Shown: positions 63,001-64,000 of the stretch, one piece after another
How the letters are laid out: every line of letters starts with the position of its first letter
Numbering within the stretch: the first letter of the stretch is position 1
Origin: Laetmonice hystrix
Lineage: Eukaryota
DNA length: 64,000 nucleotides
Assembly: GCA_965235115.1 (NCBI GenBank)
Contig: OZ249452.1
Coordinates: forward strand, 15,314,001-15,378,000
Direction of reading: 5' to 3'
The notes under the pieces: generated by a model
The model's database searches: none
Told to the model about the DNA's origin: nothing
The model's input: only the letters and a program-made list of their open reading frames with translations
Made by a program: the position numbers and the translations under genes

Positions 63001-64000
63001 GTGTTCAGCCAGGCGTGACCACCGCAGTCAGGTGGGGCTCTTTCCACCTGTAACACCACCACCACCACCACCGCCACTACAAACACCACCACCACTGTCT
63101 CCCAAAATCCCAGCGACTCGCTCAGAATCCCAAACAGACCGGATTATCGACAAATGCACACAGATTGCCGTCAAGTTGCGGGTGAAGCCGTACCATCTGT
63201 CTCACTCACTCACCCACTCCGTGACGGCGGCCAGGTCACCCATCGTGTCGTCATGTATAGTCCCGGCGTCCAACATATAACGTGTCGGCTCCAGTCGCCA
63301 TGATCATTCCGGGACACAACAACCACTCCCCCTGGCGGCGACGCGCCGAGTCAGGACCCCCTCCTCCCTCAATATGTCAGGTGCGTGTATAGAGGACAGC
63401 GCCAGAGCTTAGCACAACTATGCGACGTTTTTTAATCCACTCCCGTCGGTCCCCAGACATTCCGATGACTTGACGGCGCACACTGTAATCTGTAAACCCA
63501 TCGGGATCGTGCCACAAATCCCAGCCAAACCTAGTAACCCCACAGCACCCCTCTTTGATTGTCACTTACCCCTTCCAACCCTTGCGTTTGGAATACGTTT
63601 AAAACGTCACAGACATTGGTCATGGGAAGCCATGATATGTTTAGAGACAACAGAGTTTGAGAGATTCCTTAAATCCAACCCGTTATAGCACGAACCACAA
63701 GAACACCATGTGGAACTCGACAAATATCGTTTGTAGACTCAGAGCCCACCATTTCACGGCTTCTGTTTATTCAACTTTCCCATAAACGCCAAACTTTTTA
63801 CCCCCTTCAGTATGAAAGGCCCGGAAGTTTCGGTAGCGCGGAGTGCATGTCCACACGATCACAATGTGCTCATATTATGCCACCGCCACTGTGGACAAGG
63901 GGGCTTCAATCATGCCTCAACGGATGCTATGTGAAAAATTCCAACCTTGTCTATATCGGTGGGAACCTCCCTCCGCCCTCTACCTTTGAAAAACTATCTA

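Overview
Eukaryotic (metazoan, probably invertebrate) genomic DNA. The whole window lies inside one large minus-strand gene, a Trio/Kalirin-family multidomain RhoGEF. I traced 15 phase-compatible GT-AG exons by hand (1926 nt, 642 codons). They run from the last spectrin repeat (56463) through the first DH-PH module (GEF1) and the SH3 domain to the conserved 'FRKWL..PVRKLS' linker (22681). The 5' part of the gene lies beyond 64000, and no GEF2 exons were found, so they presumably lie left of base 1. The long introns hold many minisatellites, a MITE-like palindrome and transcription-factor motif clusters. The most interesting signal is a set of short ATG-initiated mini-ORFs in the introns, each ending exactly at a splice donor whose phase matches the Trio reading frame at that point (164-90, 7287-7174, 11659-11522, 37394-37107, 57245-57075). 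They look like an array of alternative first exons that put different N-termini (polybasic, Cys-containing or acidic) on truncated Trio isoforms. There is also a candidate alternative terminal exon giving a GEF1-only isoform (46988-46791) and a candidate recursive splice site with a poison RS-exon (42586). All isoform claims are sequence-based inference without transcript data. No prokaryotic features, rRNA, tRNA, CRISPR or autonomous transposon ORFs were recognised. Most ORFs in the supplied track are spurious or are by-products of repeats.
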